Positions 51,737 through 62,364 are shown, counted from the stretch's first letter. The stretch: DNA of 64,000 nt from Candidatus Eremiobacteria bacterium (GCA_963737065.1 CAVTRC010000001.1:2144001-2208000); one strand, 5' to 3'. Numbers and translations: made by a program. Notes: generated by a model not told the origin, from the letters alone.

Positions 51737-52729
51737 CTACACCTTCCCTTCGCAGCTTCCGAGATGTTCGCTCTGCAGCGAAGTAGCGTATTCCGCCGCA
51801 GTGAGCTTGAGGTTGGCGACTAACCGCTTTTCCCCGGACTGTGGCGACCAGGGATGGCGCCGCTGTGGTCCTTTATACCTTCGATTTCTGATCCGGTGGG
51901 GTCGAAGCGGTGGAAAGTTCGATCCTATGATTCCGTGAATATGACGCTTGATTTGAAACACCGAACGCAGCGGACGTACGGAATTGAGCGCGTCGTGAAG
52001 CTCGAGCGATACCTCTGGCGCGCGAAATCTGCGCTGGTAGCGTAAAACCAGCAGAGCGTGTGCGGTTTGGCAAATGTCGTGCCGACTCCGCAATACCTTG
52101 CGCAAGAAGACATAAAGCTTCTGAGCACCCGGATAGGCAGGATTCAGCGCATATAAGGTATGGCGCCCAAAGACGCGGCCTTCCAATATTTCCTGACGTT
52201 GGAGATCTCTGAGCCGCCGGGATAGATCCGACCTGTCTGCGCCGAGCACCAGATCCATCTCCCGTGCGAACACCTGACTCACAGCGGCAACCATGAGAAG
52301 CACCGAGGTCCGCCCGTCAGTGCAAAAGAGGTTGCGCGGGATGTCTGCCGGCTGCGAAACGGACGCGCGCTTCGTATTGAGCCGCGCGTATCCGTCTGTG
52401 CTCGTTTCGATGCCGTAATGCTGTGCGAGGATCCGCAGGAACGTGCAGAGCTCGGCGAAGTGCGCCAGCCCTTTGTTGAGGGAGTAGCGGTACTTTCCGC
52501 GGATCAAGTGCTCTTTCCGGAGCTCCCGTATGTTGGTGACCAACTTACCTCGTTGCAAGCCAAAGTAGTCCGTGATGTCGCTACTCCGGCAGCCGGGTCT
52601 GGCTGCAATAAACATAAGAACTGCAGTCCTCGGTCCCCACCCGAAGATGCTGGGGTAACTGGCTGCCCGTCCGTCGACGTATGGAGCAACGCGATCCCGT
52701 GGCTGTATCTGTGGCATGGCTTTCCTCAC
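51737..52729 (-). CDS. tandem winged-helix DNA-binding protein
   Basis: Two internal repeats: F....RT.VL....L.....Y.LN......L..FLR.L. Confidence 0.6.
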   Translation of the reverse strand: MRKAMPQIQPRDRVAPYVDGRAASYPSIFGWGPRTAVLMFIAARPGCRSSDITDYFGLQRGKLVTNIRELRKEHLIRGKYRYSLNKGLAHFAELCTFLRILAQHYGIETSTDGYARLNTKRASVSQPADIPRNLFCTDGRTSVLLMVAAVSQVFAREMDLVLGADRSDLSRRLRDLQRQEILEGRVFGRHTLYALNPAYPGAQKLYVFLRKVLRSRHDICQTAHALLVLRYQRRFRAPEVSLELHDALNSVRPLRSVFQIKRHIHGIIGSNFPPLRPHRIRNRRYKGPQRRHPWSPQSGEKRLVANLKLTAAEYATSLQSEHLGSCEGKV

Positions 52730-53091
52730 ATGGTGGTTGTGAGGTCATATCGGCCCAGCACCTGCCTCTGCACAACGGCGAAACGGCTGAGTACAGCTAC
52801 GGAAAAGGCCGTTCTAATTCAAGTAGTACGCAGTTCCACGCAGAAGATCGCGCTTCAACACTCGCTATTCAAATTTCAGGCCGCCAAATAAAACGGCAAA
52901 GCCAGCCGCGATAGACTTCGTCCGAGCCGATGTTCGAGCCCTCGGAACGTGACGGTTCGGGCGCGTCGTTTATCGTAACGTCGACGGAACGTGGCGCAGT
53001 GATCGCCGCGCGGATTTTCACCGTCATAGTTACAGTGTTCGTATTTCCGCAGCTGCGGATTGTGTGCGCCCGAACCCTCGCAAACGCGCCC

Positions 53092-53745
53092 TTAGAACAA
53101 CGCCACTACGGCGATGACGGCGGTGATTACAGTGCCGGCCACCTTTAGCGCGTTGATTAAGTCGTCGATCGCGGCCTGTACGTCCCAGTTGCAATACACG
53201 GTCCAGCGCCAGGTATAGGATGCGCATAAATCGGCCCACGCATTCTTGATGTCGTCGTTCGTGCCGATATCTGAGAAGCTAAAGTCGCGCGAGCCGCTGT
53301 CGATCGTGCCGTACGTTTCTCCCGCGTGGCTGAATGTGAACGCCTTGCCGCTCTGTGAAACGATAGCCCAGTTCGGCTCGATTTTGTAGCTCGGGAAGCC
53401 CGAATCGTGAAATGATCCGGAGAAGGCGTAGCCGCCGTCTTGATAGAGCGTCAGGGACATCGAGCCGCCTACGGGTACGCCACCGTCGAACGCGATATAG
53501 CCGGTGTTGAACGGCCCAAGTTGTGACGGTAGAGACGGTGCGCGCTTAGGCATCACGATGATGTTTTGCAAGAGCGCCGCCAGTCGCGGATCGACGATAC
53601 GTTCTTCCCTCTGTCCGGGAGAAACAGGCTGGGTAATGCGCACGGCGCTCTCGCCGCTGACCCTCGCCTGCATCGTACTCTGTGAGAGCGCATGGGTTGC
53701 CAACGCGTCGCTGACGTTAGCGCGATCGACGGTCCGATTATTCAT
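53092..53745 (-). CDS. hypothetical protein with C-terminal hydrophobic anchor
   Basis: GAGGAG RBS; Gly/aromatic beta-rich core; ends AGTVITAVIAVVALF. Confidence 0.75.
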   Translation of the reverse strand: MNNRTVDRANVSDALATHALSQSTMQARVSGESAVRITQPVSPGQREERIVDPRLAALLQNIIVMPKRAPSLPSQLGPFNTGYIAFDGGVPVGGSMSLTLYQDGGYAFSGSFHDSGFPSYKIEPNWAIVSQSGKAFTFSHAGETYGTIDSGSRDFSFSDIGTNDDIKNAWADLCASYTWRWTVYCNWDVQAAIDDLINALKVAGTVITAVIAVVALF

Positions 53746-53908
53746 AACCAGTACTCCTCAGAAAACTGCATGCTCCGATCGTAGTACCGGGCCGTGCGCC
53801 CAGCGTGCGCGCCAATTCCGGCCGAGCAGCCGCCGCAAAATAGCATGCAACCGAGCAGTCGCCGGCGAATAGCCGGCCTTAATACCGTTTGCCTTTTGGA
53901 GTGACGTG

Positions 53909-55771
53909 ATGCTACAGGATGTAGAACGCGCTGCGTTAAGCGCCGCAATGGATGCCCTTTTCCACCGTATGCCGCTCGTCTGGAACACCTTTCCGGGCGG
54001 CAAAAACGCTCCGCAATGGCATGGGCCCTTAGGATCATCCGCGCACCGCGTGCCGGCCGTCGCCGTTCGCAATGCGAAGGGCGACGCATCCCTACTTCGC
54101 GATCGAGCGATTCACGCTGGACTGGCTCGCCAACGATTGGGCCGCCGTCGAGTTTCATTCATGGACGCCGACGCCTGAAGATCCGCTCAAGCTTCGCTTC
54201 GCGCGCATCCTTCTCGAAGCCGGCCCAGGTGAACTCCGCCCGGATGCGATGCGACAATCCGTGCTCATCATGCGAGAATTTCTCGCGACGCTGCGTCTGT
54301 GCGCGATTCCCGTCCTCGACGGCGTCGGTGGGGTCGCACTCTTTGTGCCGTTCGACGACGCGCCCGAGTACGCACCCGTTCGCACGTGGCTGCACGCGCT
54401 CGCAAACGACGCGGCTGCGAAGTATCCGCAATACTTTACGACCGAGCCGAACAGCGCAGGCGGAGCGCGCGTGCACGTGCACGTTAAGTCAAATGCACCG
54501 GGCTTGTTCAGCGCGTTGCCGTACAGCTTGCGTGGTCCGATCGCCGCTACGCCGTCGCTGCGGTCACATGGGATGAACTCGCGTCATTGCAGCCCGGCGA
54601 ATTATGCATCGAGGCCGATCGTGTGCAAGAACGGCTGCAAACGATCGGCGACGTTTTCCAATCGCAACTCGACGTGATTGGCTCTCAATGTTTTGCAACG
54701 GTCGCTTTCAAGCAGCCGCCGGTGCTCGTTCCCGCGACGCAGCCGAGAGGCCATGTCATCCGCGCGGCAATGAAGATCTTGAGCGACGGACACTCGCGCG
54801 ACGCGCAAGCGATTCTCGATGCTGCGCTCGCCCGCGGACTGCTCACAAAGAACACGAGCGAAAAATACGTCTACATCGCATTGACGGAGTTTATTGCACG
54901 GAGTATCGGCCACAACCGCAAGCCGCCGATCGTCCAGAATCCCGATCGCTCGTTCCGGATGAACGAACCGCTCGATGATTGGCCCGACGTCATGCTCCCC
55001 GCGATCCAAGGCGACGATGAGGCCGCGCCCGCATTGATCGCGCGTTTGCGAAACACCGTTAGCGGAGACGATCCTGCCGCGTGGGAAGCGGCCGTTTGCG
55101 ATGCATTCGCACATGTTGGCTTTCGCGCGCAGCACATCGGCGGCCATAAAGCGCCCGACGGGATCATCGATGCGCAACTCGGACCGATTGGTTATCGCGC
55201 AATGGTTGAATGTAAGACGGGCGCCGGCGTTGTGACGCAGCCCGACGCGGTCGAAGCGTCGAAGTGGGCGGGACAATACAACGCGCAATACTGTACGCTG
55301 ATCGGGCCCGGTTTCTCCGAAGAAGTCGAACTCCATGACGAACTGCTTACGCACAAAGTGAGTGCATGGACGATCGACGATCTCGTTACCGTCTTGCAAG
55401 AACGGCTGAACCCGCAGGAGTTGCGTACGTGCTTCGCGCTCGGATTTGCCGAGGACGCCATAACCGACGTGCTGTGGGAACGCCGGCACGGCCGACGCAA
55501 GCGCGTTACCTATGTGGCCAACGTACTGCTACAAGACGGCTGGAATATGCAGGTCGCTGCGGCAACGCAAGCCGACCCCGCAAACGCCGCGCATTTAACG
55601 ATCGATGCGGCGATGATGCTCGTGCAGCAACGGCTCACTGCCGCAAACGCGACGCGCGCGTGCACGCGCGACGAAATCGAAGCGGCAGTCGTGTATCTAT
55701 CGAATGTGCTTACCGCTCGAGCGATGCGCCTCGACGATGGCAGCGTAGTCATCCTAACGCCACCGACCTAA
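53909..55771 (+). CDS. degenerate LigD-polymerase (AEP) + HARE-type HTH + PD-(D/E)xK nuclease fusion, with two compensating frameshifts (near 54080 and 54540)
   Basis: EFHSW, PYSLR, VTWDEL (LigD Pol-like); AAMKILSDG......ILDAALARGLL (HTH); WEAAVCDAF..GF...APDGII...MVECKT (nuclease). Confidence 0.65.
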
Positions 55772-55855
55772 AACATCACCGCGGACGTCGCCTTCAGGGC
55801 GCACAAAGCCCAGGTTGGCGATCGACGTCACACGAGACGGTTTTACCTAGGAACC

Positions 55856-57226
55856 TTACTTATCTCGAAGCTCAATCAATTCTCCACCATCGCTAGACGC
55901 CGACTCTCGGCAAAACGCAGCATGGTCGCGTTCCACTTGTTCGGCGTAAGTCAGCGTGAACGCGAGAATTGCAAGATCAAATGTTCGCCTCTTGCCCATG
56001 TATCCAGCGATTGCGGCTGCATCGCCTGAGCGAGCGTGACTCGTTGCGAGCGCCCAGCCGCACCAGTGAGCGTATTCCCGAAGCTGATATTGATCAGCCT
56101 CGTCGAGATCCGCTGAGGCCTTCATGTCTTTGAATTGACGGACATAAAAATCGCGGTCACCCGATTTTGCCCAGCCTAAAAACACGTCGCTTGCCGCTTG
56201 CATAAGGCGCTGACCGCGCACGACGCGTTCACCCTGGTTTGCATATTGTTCGCTCGAAAGGTATGGCTCGAGCACCGACTTCCTCGCTTCCTTGACCTGA
56301 AGGATGAGCATGTCGTCCTCGGCCGCCGCGAAAAGACCGACGCCGCAGCGCGTGCCTACGCTTCCCACTCCGACGACCTTAATTGCGTGATCGACGAGAT
56401 GATACCGGTTGAACAGCGCCCGAACGTCCGGCGCTAGCGTTGCGGCGTAGTCTGAAAAAATTTCCGGTAGGTCGAAACCTGTACGATCGGTCGCCGTCGA
56501 GTGAAACAGAACGGGGGCTCTTCCTTAAAACGGCGTTCACCGTTTGCAATTTCCGTGAATCGGTCAACGGCAGCACGGATCGAGTCCGTCGCTGCCTCGT
56601 CCGCTATACGGTTGCGACGAGCCCGCACCGCGGCGTCGCGTGCTTCGTTTAGGATGCCTCTCGCGTCCAGACGCATATAAAAAACTGTCGAGTGCGGGAG
56701 TCGCTGCTAAGTCATTCATTCGCGTCCGGTACGATTCCACGGCAGCAAGCGCCGCAATCGCGTTCGAACGTTCCTTAAAGCCATTCTGACGGCCGGCAAG
56801 GAGAACGCTCGTAACAAGTCGTTTTACATCCCACTCCCACGGCCCGCGAAGCGTCTCATCAAAATCATTCAGATCGAAAATTAGATTGCGTTCAGGGGTT
56901 GCGAATCCGCCAAAATTCAGGCAGTGAGCATCGCCACACGCCTGGACCATCAGACCGGATACGGGGCAGTCTGCAAGGTCGTCAGCCATGATGACCGCAG
57001 AACCTCGAAAAAATGTAAACGGCGTTTCCTGGATTCGGTCGTCTCGGAGTGGTAGCAATTCCTGAAGCCGACCTTCGCTGACGCGTTTGAGCAGGCCGAG
57101 GGGATCGCGAGACGGCGATGGCGACCAATTGCCTTGAGCAGCACGCGGAACGTTGGAGCGGAGCTTTTTGCCGGCGGCTAGCCGCATCATGCGGCTGAAC
57201 TCCGCGGCTTCATTTTCGGGCGACAT
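55856..57226 (-). pseudogene. DUF2252 family protein, multiply frameshifted
   Basis: PFTFFRGSA, CGDAHCLNFG, FDLNDFDE...PWEWDVKRL, KVVGVGSVGTR, LQVKEA..SVL, MQAASDVFLGW. Confidence 0.85.
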
Positions 57227-57371
57227 CGGACGCTCCCCGGTGAGTTAGGCAATCTCTCACTCGTTTACCCGGATTGCGGCGCTTTGCATGATTGTGCGAT
57301 GTTGGCGACACGTCATTTCCGGCCACCCGCCCAAGGACAGCTCCGCGCGCTATCGTAGTGAGGCAAGCTCC

Positions 57372-57635
57372 ATGCTCGATGCCCATCCAAGCGCAGGGAG
57401 CTTCTCCGACTTTCTCGCAGCCGCTCCGGATTGCATTAAGATCCTCGACCTCGAAGGTCGCCTGAAGGCAGTGAGTGCGAACGGAAGGCGCCTACTTGGA
57501 ATCGATGACTTTGCCCCCTTCGCTAATGCAGATTGGCTTGGGTTCTGGCAAGCTCGAGATCGTACTGCCGCTGCTCAGGCGATGCAAGAGGCACGTTCCG
57601 GGCGAGAAGGACGATTTATTGACTTTTTCCGCACC
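57372..57635 (+). pseudogene. truncated PAS-domain sensor gene
   Basis: APDCIKILDLEGRL...NG..LLGIDDF......W..FW....AAAQA..EAR.G..GRF, then breaks. Confidence 0.7.
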
Positions 57636-58056
57636 CTGCGTCGAATTGCCAGCGTGGGAATCGCAACGCGAGACCGTCAGGAACAGCGAGTAGTTGTCCC
57701 TGCCTCACCATCTGATTGACTACGGGCCGCGATCGCCGAACGAACGTTCCCGCTTCGTCAGAACTGAGCGCATCTGCAAATGTTAGAGCGCTAAGCGTGT
57801 CGACACGATCTTGATTGCGTGCTCGCAGCGCAGCGGCGTCATCCTTTGTTGAAAATATGTAGCTTCTTACTGTTTCGAGTACTGTGCGAAGTCGCCGTTC
57901 ATCGACGTCAGTGAGAAGGCTCTGGTAAATGGAAAACGACGCGTCATGACCTGACGCTCCAAGGGCCACCGTCCTCTTAGCACGGCGCGATACGAAAGTG
58001 GCAGTTTTCCTTCTCTGCGTAGCGGTTCTTTTGACAGTAGAAGATTTCCGAGGCAT
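57616..58056 (-). pseudogene. truncated HTH DNA-binding or antitoxin-like protein
   Basis: LSSDEAG.FV..SR..VNQ..RQGQLLAV......RFPRWQF, ending abruptly at the PAS remnant. Confidence 0.6.
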
Positions 58057-58075
58057 CGCTAGGGTAATACCAAGC

Positions 58076-58111
58076 CTCGTAAAGTTCGTAAAGCTTGTAA
58101 AGCCCGTAAAA
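58076..58111. repeat. four tandem 9-bp direct repeats (YYYGTAAAR)
   Basis: CTCGTAAAG TTCGTAAAG CTTGTAAAG CCCGTAAAA. Confidence 0.8.
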
Positions 58112-58361
58112 TGGTCCCTGCCTTGGTGACGACCGGCGGTCCCGGCGTTTCCTGTCGGACGTCGTTGCCGCAACGCCAGCCGATCGCGCAAACGCCGCGC
58201 ATGTAACGCTCGAGCGATTCGGCTCGACGACCGCAGCTTAGTCATGCTGTCGCCATTGCAAAGAAGCAATGCCCCCGGTAGTTGGATGGCACAAGCGATC
58301 CGAAAGGTCCGGTCTAACCTAATATCTCGACACCTACGATGCGGGCGTCTCACGCCGACCA

Positions 58362-59033
58362 CTAAAGCCTATAGGTTCTCACCTCTCGGTACTCATCGAT
58401 CGCCGCGCCATCCCAAAAAAGTTCAATCTCCCGAACGGTGTCGGCAACGTCTTTGACTGCCAGTGGCTTAAATGTCGCATAGCAGGTTCCACCGGGTGAT
58501 CGAACGCTGTCGTACCACACGCCTTGGTGGCCATTGGCGCGCAGCCGCGCTCCCGCCGCCTGCGCTGACGCATAAGCGTCAGGGTCGTAGATCGCGGGCT
58601 CTTTAAGATCATCAGCACCGCCGCGCCGGATGTCCAAATGAGCCGACTCATCCAACGAGAGTTCAAGTCCGTATCTAGGCACGAGTGTCGGCTCGGTCAT
58701 GTACGTCGCTCTAAGCTTTTTGGCGGCATGGTAACTAGACTCTCGGACCGCAACGAGAAATGCGTCCGCAGTGTAAAGCACGCCGTACGTTCCTGGAGAG
58801 AAGCGGCTTCCGCCGATCGTAAGAAATGGACCCATAACGATCGAAGCCTGAGGGCCAACGTAGCGGTCTTCAGGCGCCACAAGCGAGATGTTTAGCAATG
58901 CATCCGCGGCCATTGGATCCGTTAGCGCGCGTAGCGCTAGCAGCTCTTCTAAGTCCTCTGGCCGCTCAACGAGATCTACTAGAGCCGCTAGCGGGTGCCG
59001 CGGGTCCGGGACAACTCGATGGACCCCTACCAC
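58362..59033 (-). CDS. RES family NAD+ phosphorylase toxin
   Basis: HRVV, GSRFS.G.YGVLY.A, AVRESSYH, IYDPDAY, YDSVR.PGG.C. Confidence 0.9.
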   Translation of the reverse strand: MVGVHRVVPDPRHPLAALVDLVERPEDLEELLALRALTDPMAADALLNISLVAPEDRYVGPQASIVMGPFLTIGGSRFSPGTYGVLYTADAFLVAVRESSYHAAKKLRATYMTEPTLVPRYGLELSLDESAHLDIRRGGADDLKEPAIYDPDAYASAQAAGARLRANGHQGVWYDSVRSPGGTCYATFKPLAVKDVADTVREIELFWDGAAIDEYREVRTYRL

Positions 59034-59401
59034 CCTTGGCGGGCGCGATCCAGATAATTTCGGACGAAAACGAGATCCTGGACGTTGCCGTGCAGCATTC
59101 GTTGCAGGGGCGGTTGGTCGCCGAAGTCAGCGTTCTGACGCTTCACCCAAGTCCGCGCCAGCTCACCACGGCCAAAGAACGCCGCGAGATCCTCCCAAAT
59201 CGTTATCAAATGCGAAATGCGCTCGAGCGTGTCGCGACGTACGTGATCGCGCCCACCTTCGCTGAACCAACGGTAAACTGTCCGTCGGCTGACTCCGAGC
59301 AAAGCAGCGCTCTGCTCTTGGTCCAATCCCCAAGCTTCGGCTATTCGCTCGTACGCGTTGAGCGCCACCCTGGCGGAGGGCGCCGCAAGTAGCATTGTCA
59401 T
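59027..59401 (-). CDS. Xre/MbcA/ParS family antitoxin
   Basis: IAEAWGL....AALLGVSRRTVYRW, LERIS, WVKRQN..FG...PL..ML, VRNYLD. Confidence 0.9.
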   Translation of the reverse strand: MTMLLAAPSARVALNAYERIAEAWGLDQEQSAALLGVSRRTVYRWFSEGGRDHVRRDTLERISHLITIWEDLAAFFGRGELARTWVKRQNADFGDQPPLQRMLHGNVQDLVFVRNYLDRARQGW

Positions 59402-59408
59402 CTGTCTA

Positions 59409-59437
59409 AATATAGCCTAAATCGCGACATGTGGCAA
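59409..59437 (-). promoter_or_regulatory. sigma70 promoter of the TA operon, probably leaderless
   Basis: TTGCCA-N17-TATATT, 7 nt before the ATG. Confidence 0.65.
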
Positions 59438-59487
59438 CGCGCTTGAAATCGTCGACGGACGACGGATCGAAGCGCTCCTTTATCACC

Positions 59488-60279
59488 TCAACGATCATTT
59501 CGTTTAGCATTGGCCAGCTCGATCCACGTGGGTGCATGATCGCTGGTTTTTTCTCTCGCGCGAACGTCGCGGTCAACGCCGGCTGCCGTCAGTCGTTTTG
59601 CAACCGAAGGACTCAAGAGGAGGTGGTCGATACGCAGACCCGCGTCACGGCGAAACGCATTGCGGAAGTAATCCCAAAACGTGTAGATGCGCTCGTTCGG
59701 ATGAAGCGTCCGCAGTGCATCCGTCCAGCCCTGCGACGTAAGCCGGTGAAATGCCGCGCGAACTTCCGGGCGAAAGAGCGCGTCATCGTGCCAACGATCC
59801 GGATTATAGACGTCCAGATCCGTCGGCATGACGTTAAAATCGCCGGCGAGAATCACGGGCACGTTTCGCGCTAAAAGTTCGGCGGCGTAGTTTGTGAGCG
59901 CATCGAACCAGGCGAGTTTGTAATCGAACTTCACGCCGGGAGCGGGGTTGCCGTTCGGCAAGTAAAGGCAACCGATCAATATGCCGTCGATCGACGCCTC
60001 GATGTAGCGCGACTGCGCCGCGTCGGGTTCGCCGGGCAAGCCGCGCCGTGTCGCGCGCGGCGTTTCACCGCGCGCCAGAATCGCGACCCCATTCCAACTT
60101 TTCTGTCCCAGCCAGATTGCCCCGTAGCCGGCCTCGCGCAGAGCGCCCTCGGGGAATTTTTCGTGCGGTGCCTTCAATTCCTGAAGGCACACAACGTCCG
60201 GTTTCGCGTCAGCGAGCCAGTCGAGCAGTATCGGCGATCGCCCATTCACGCCATTCACGTTGTATGTAGCGATCTTCAT
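59488..60279 (-). CDS. xth: exodeoxyribonuclease III
   Basis: MKIATYNVNG, CLQELK, YLPNGNP, GDFN, GLRIDH, SDHAP. Confidence 0.95.
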   Translation of the reverse strand: MKIATYNVNGVNGRSPILLDWLADAKPDVVCLQELKAPHEKFPEGALREAGYGAIWLGQKSWNGVAILARGETPRATRRGLPGEPDAAQSRYIEASIDGILIGCLYLPNGNPAPGVKFDYKLAWFDALTNYAAELLARNVPVILAGDFNVMPTDLDVYNPDRWHDDALFRPEVRAAFHRLTSQGWTDALRTLHPNERIYTFWDYFRNAFRRDAGLRIDHLLLSPSVAKRLTAAGVDRDVRAREKTSDHAPTWIELANAKRNDR

Positions 60280-60354
60280 GCACCTCGTATATCCGTACAC
60301 GAAGGAGTCGTAACCGCGCCATGCGTCGCGACGACCCGGGCCGCAAGGCGTTAG

Positions 60355-60945
60355 CTACCGTATCTCTGCCGTTTCGATCACGGTAGATCCGTCGCGAAGC
60401 TCGATGCGATCCAAACGCGGCATCCGTCTGACAAAGAGTTCGCTTGTCCCGGTACGCGGAGCCAGAGCACCGAGCGGAATCCTCGCGCCCGCACCGACGC
60501 CCTCGACATCGTAGGTGTGCGAGCCTTCGACGACGACGTAGTACCACGAGCGATCGCGCGCGTAGATCACTTTCGCGAGCGGTCCATGTCCCACGAACTG
60601 CGCATGATTGAAGTGGCTGTGCAGCATCGCAACTTGCGCTACATCGTATGGCGGTGCGCGATGCGGAAGAAAATACCCGATGACGAGTGCCGCGGCCGCT
60701 CCCACGACGCCCATCCACCATCCGGACAGCCGCCACGTTCGGAACTGCGGCGCGCGCGTGCCGGCCGCGACCGGTGCGGCTTGCGTTTCACGTTCCAGTC
60801 CGAGCACCGTTTCTTCGGCCTGCCCTAAGCGGCGCAAACAGTCGGCACAATTGGCGACGTGCGCGTCGACACGCTGCCGCTCCAACTCGTCCAGCGAGCC
60901 GATCGCATAGAGCTCCGCGTTTTCGCCGATGTGCGCATCATTCAT
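60355..60945 (-). CDS. anti-sigma factor (zf-HC2, RskA-like)
   Basis: HVANCADC motif followed by a TM helix. Confidence 0.85.
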   Translation of the reverse strand: MNDAHIGENAELYAIGSLDELERQRVDAHVANCADCLRRLGQAEETVLGLERETQAAPVAAGTRAPQFRTWRLSGWWMGVVGAAAALVIGYFLPHRAPPYDVAQVAMLHSHFNHAQFVGHGPLAKVIYARDRSWYYVVVEGSHTYDVEGVGAGARIPLGALAPRTGTSELFVRRMPRLDRIELRDGSTVIETAEIR

Positions 60946-61520
60946 CGCAGAGACTCCTTTCCCAGCGCTTCCCTCAGCGTTCGCAGCGCGTTCGAGATGC
61001 GGCTCTTGATCGTGCCAACCGGTTCATCGAGTTTTGCCGCGATCTCGGTATGCGTCATTCCACGATAGTACGCAAGCTCAATCGTTTGCATTTGCGCTTC
61101 GCTCAATGTTGAGAGTGCCGCTTTCACGTGCGCGTGCTCGAACGGATCTGCATCGAGTGTACTTATCGCCGGCTGCGGTTGCTCTGCGAGCAGCGCGCGC
61201 CGGCGCGCATCGTCACGAACGCGCGCGAGCGCTGCATTGCGCACGCATACAACGAGAAACGCTTCGAGGCTGCCGCGTGCGGGCGAGTACGACGTCCCTT
61301 TCTTCCAGAGGCGCAGAAGCACGTCGTGCACGCATTCGTGCGCAAGTTCTTTATCGTGTAGAACCCGAAGCGCGCTCGTATACATGCGCGCACTGTATTG
61401 GCCGTACGCGCGCTCGTATGCCGCAGCTTCACGCCGTGCAAAGGCTGCTTCCAACGTCTCGTCCCGCACCCCAAGATCCTTAGGCGAGTGGACGATCCTC
61501 GATACGTGCGTCGCCGCCAT
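60942..61520 (-). CDS. ECF RNA polymerase sigma factor (SigK-like); true start may be GTG near 61469
   Basis: AHECVHDV...LW, IELAYYRGMTHTEIA..L..PVGTIKSRI. Confidence 0.9.
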   Translation of the reverse strand: MAATHVSRIVHSPKDLGVRDETLEAAFARREAAAYERAYGQYSARMYTSALRVLHDKELAHECVHDVLLRLWKKGTSYSPARGSLEAFLVVCVRNAALARVRDDARRRALLAEQPQPAISTLDADPFEHAHVKAALSTLSEAQMQTIELAYYRGMTHTEIAAKLDEPVGTIKSRISNALRTLREALGKESLR

Positions 61521-62364
61521 GGAGTTCTACCGTCCGATAGCCGATCGCGTGCAGCAGGTCGTCGTGCGCAAGTGTCACGGGACCAGGCTTCGGCGCCGTT
61601 CCCGGTTTTGGCTGCGGATACGCCGTTGCTGCGGCGCTCGCGAAACGGATGTTCCCTTCGCTGTGCGTGACGATTTGATGGATGTGCCCGTTGAGAACGG
61701 TGACATTGTCGAATTTCTGCAACAGGGCGAGCGCCTTCGTGCCGTCCTCCGTCGTCCAGCCCCACGGCTCGAAGAGCGCGTAGAGCGGCACATGCGTGAA
61801 CACGACGACCGGTGTCGTCTGCTTGACGCCCTTCACGTCCTTCGCAAGCCACGCGAGCTGGTCGGTCCCGAGCAATCCCATCTTCTCGAAATTGAACACG
61901 TTGAGCAAAACGAGGTAATGAACGCCGTCGCGATCCCACGACGCCCATCCGCCTGCCGTCGACTGCGGAATTTTGAAGTTTGTGAGGTACGTCTTGAAGT
62001 CGTTGCCGACGACGTCGTGCTCGCCGGGCAGCGCGATCAACGGTGCCTTCAATTGCGAGAGAATCGCTTTCGCGTCTGCGAACTGCTGCGCGCTGGAAAG
62101 GTGCGTGATGTCGCCGGTATGCACGACGAACGCCGGCTGCACCGGCATCGCGTTGATTTTCTCAACGACCGACGCGAGCGTTCCGGCAACATCGGGATTG
62201 GCCGCTTGATGGAAGCCGATGTGACTGTCGCTGATTTGCACGAAGTCAACGGTATCGTTCGCCTGCGCCACGGCGCGTCCCACGAAGAGACCTCCCGCGC
62301 TTAACGTGTAGGCGATACCGGCGCCGGTCCAGCCGACATGTTCCAAGAACGACGAGCGTTTCAT
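61480..62364 (-). CDS. metallophosphoesterase with Tat-like leader
   Basis: QISDSHIG, HTGDITH, PGEHD, NGHIH. Confidence 0.9.
   Translation of the reverse strand: MKRSSFLEHVGWTGAGIAYTLSAGGLFVGRAVAQANDTVDFVQISDSHIGFHQAANPDVAGTLASVVEKINAMPVQPAFVVHTGDITHLSSAQQFADAKAILSQLKAPLIALPGEHDVVGNDFKTYLTNFKIPQSTAGGWASWDRDGVHYLVLLNVFNFEKMGLLGTDQLAWLAKDVKGVKQTTPVVVFTHVPLYALFEPWGWTTEDGTKALALLQKFDNVTVLNGHIHQIVTHSEGNIRFASAAATAYPQPKPGTAPKPGPVTLAHDDLLHAIGYRTVELHGGDARIEDRPLA

Noticed and set aside
54070..54560. Programmed frameshifting in the fusion gene, dnaB or DUF2252
   Set aside because: No slippery heptamer with a stimulatory structure; sequencing error or decay is more parsimonious
57737..57750. CGAAC-GAAC-GTTCC LexA-like site
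   Set aside because: Imperfect and inside a coding remnant; likely chance
61237..62304. Long antisense ORFs here and elsewhere (e.g. 54602-55489, 29086-29871)
   Set aside because: Shadow ORFs of real genes, expected in GC-rich DNA
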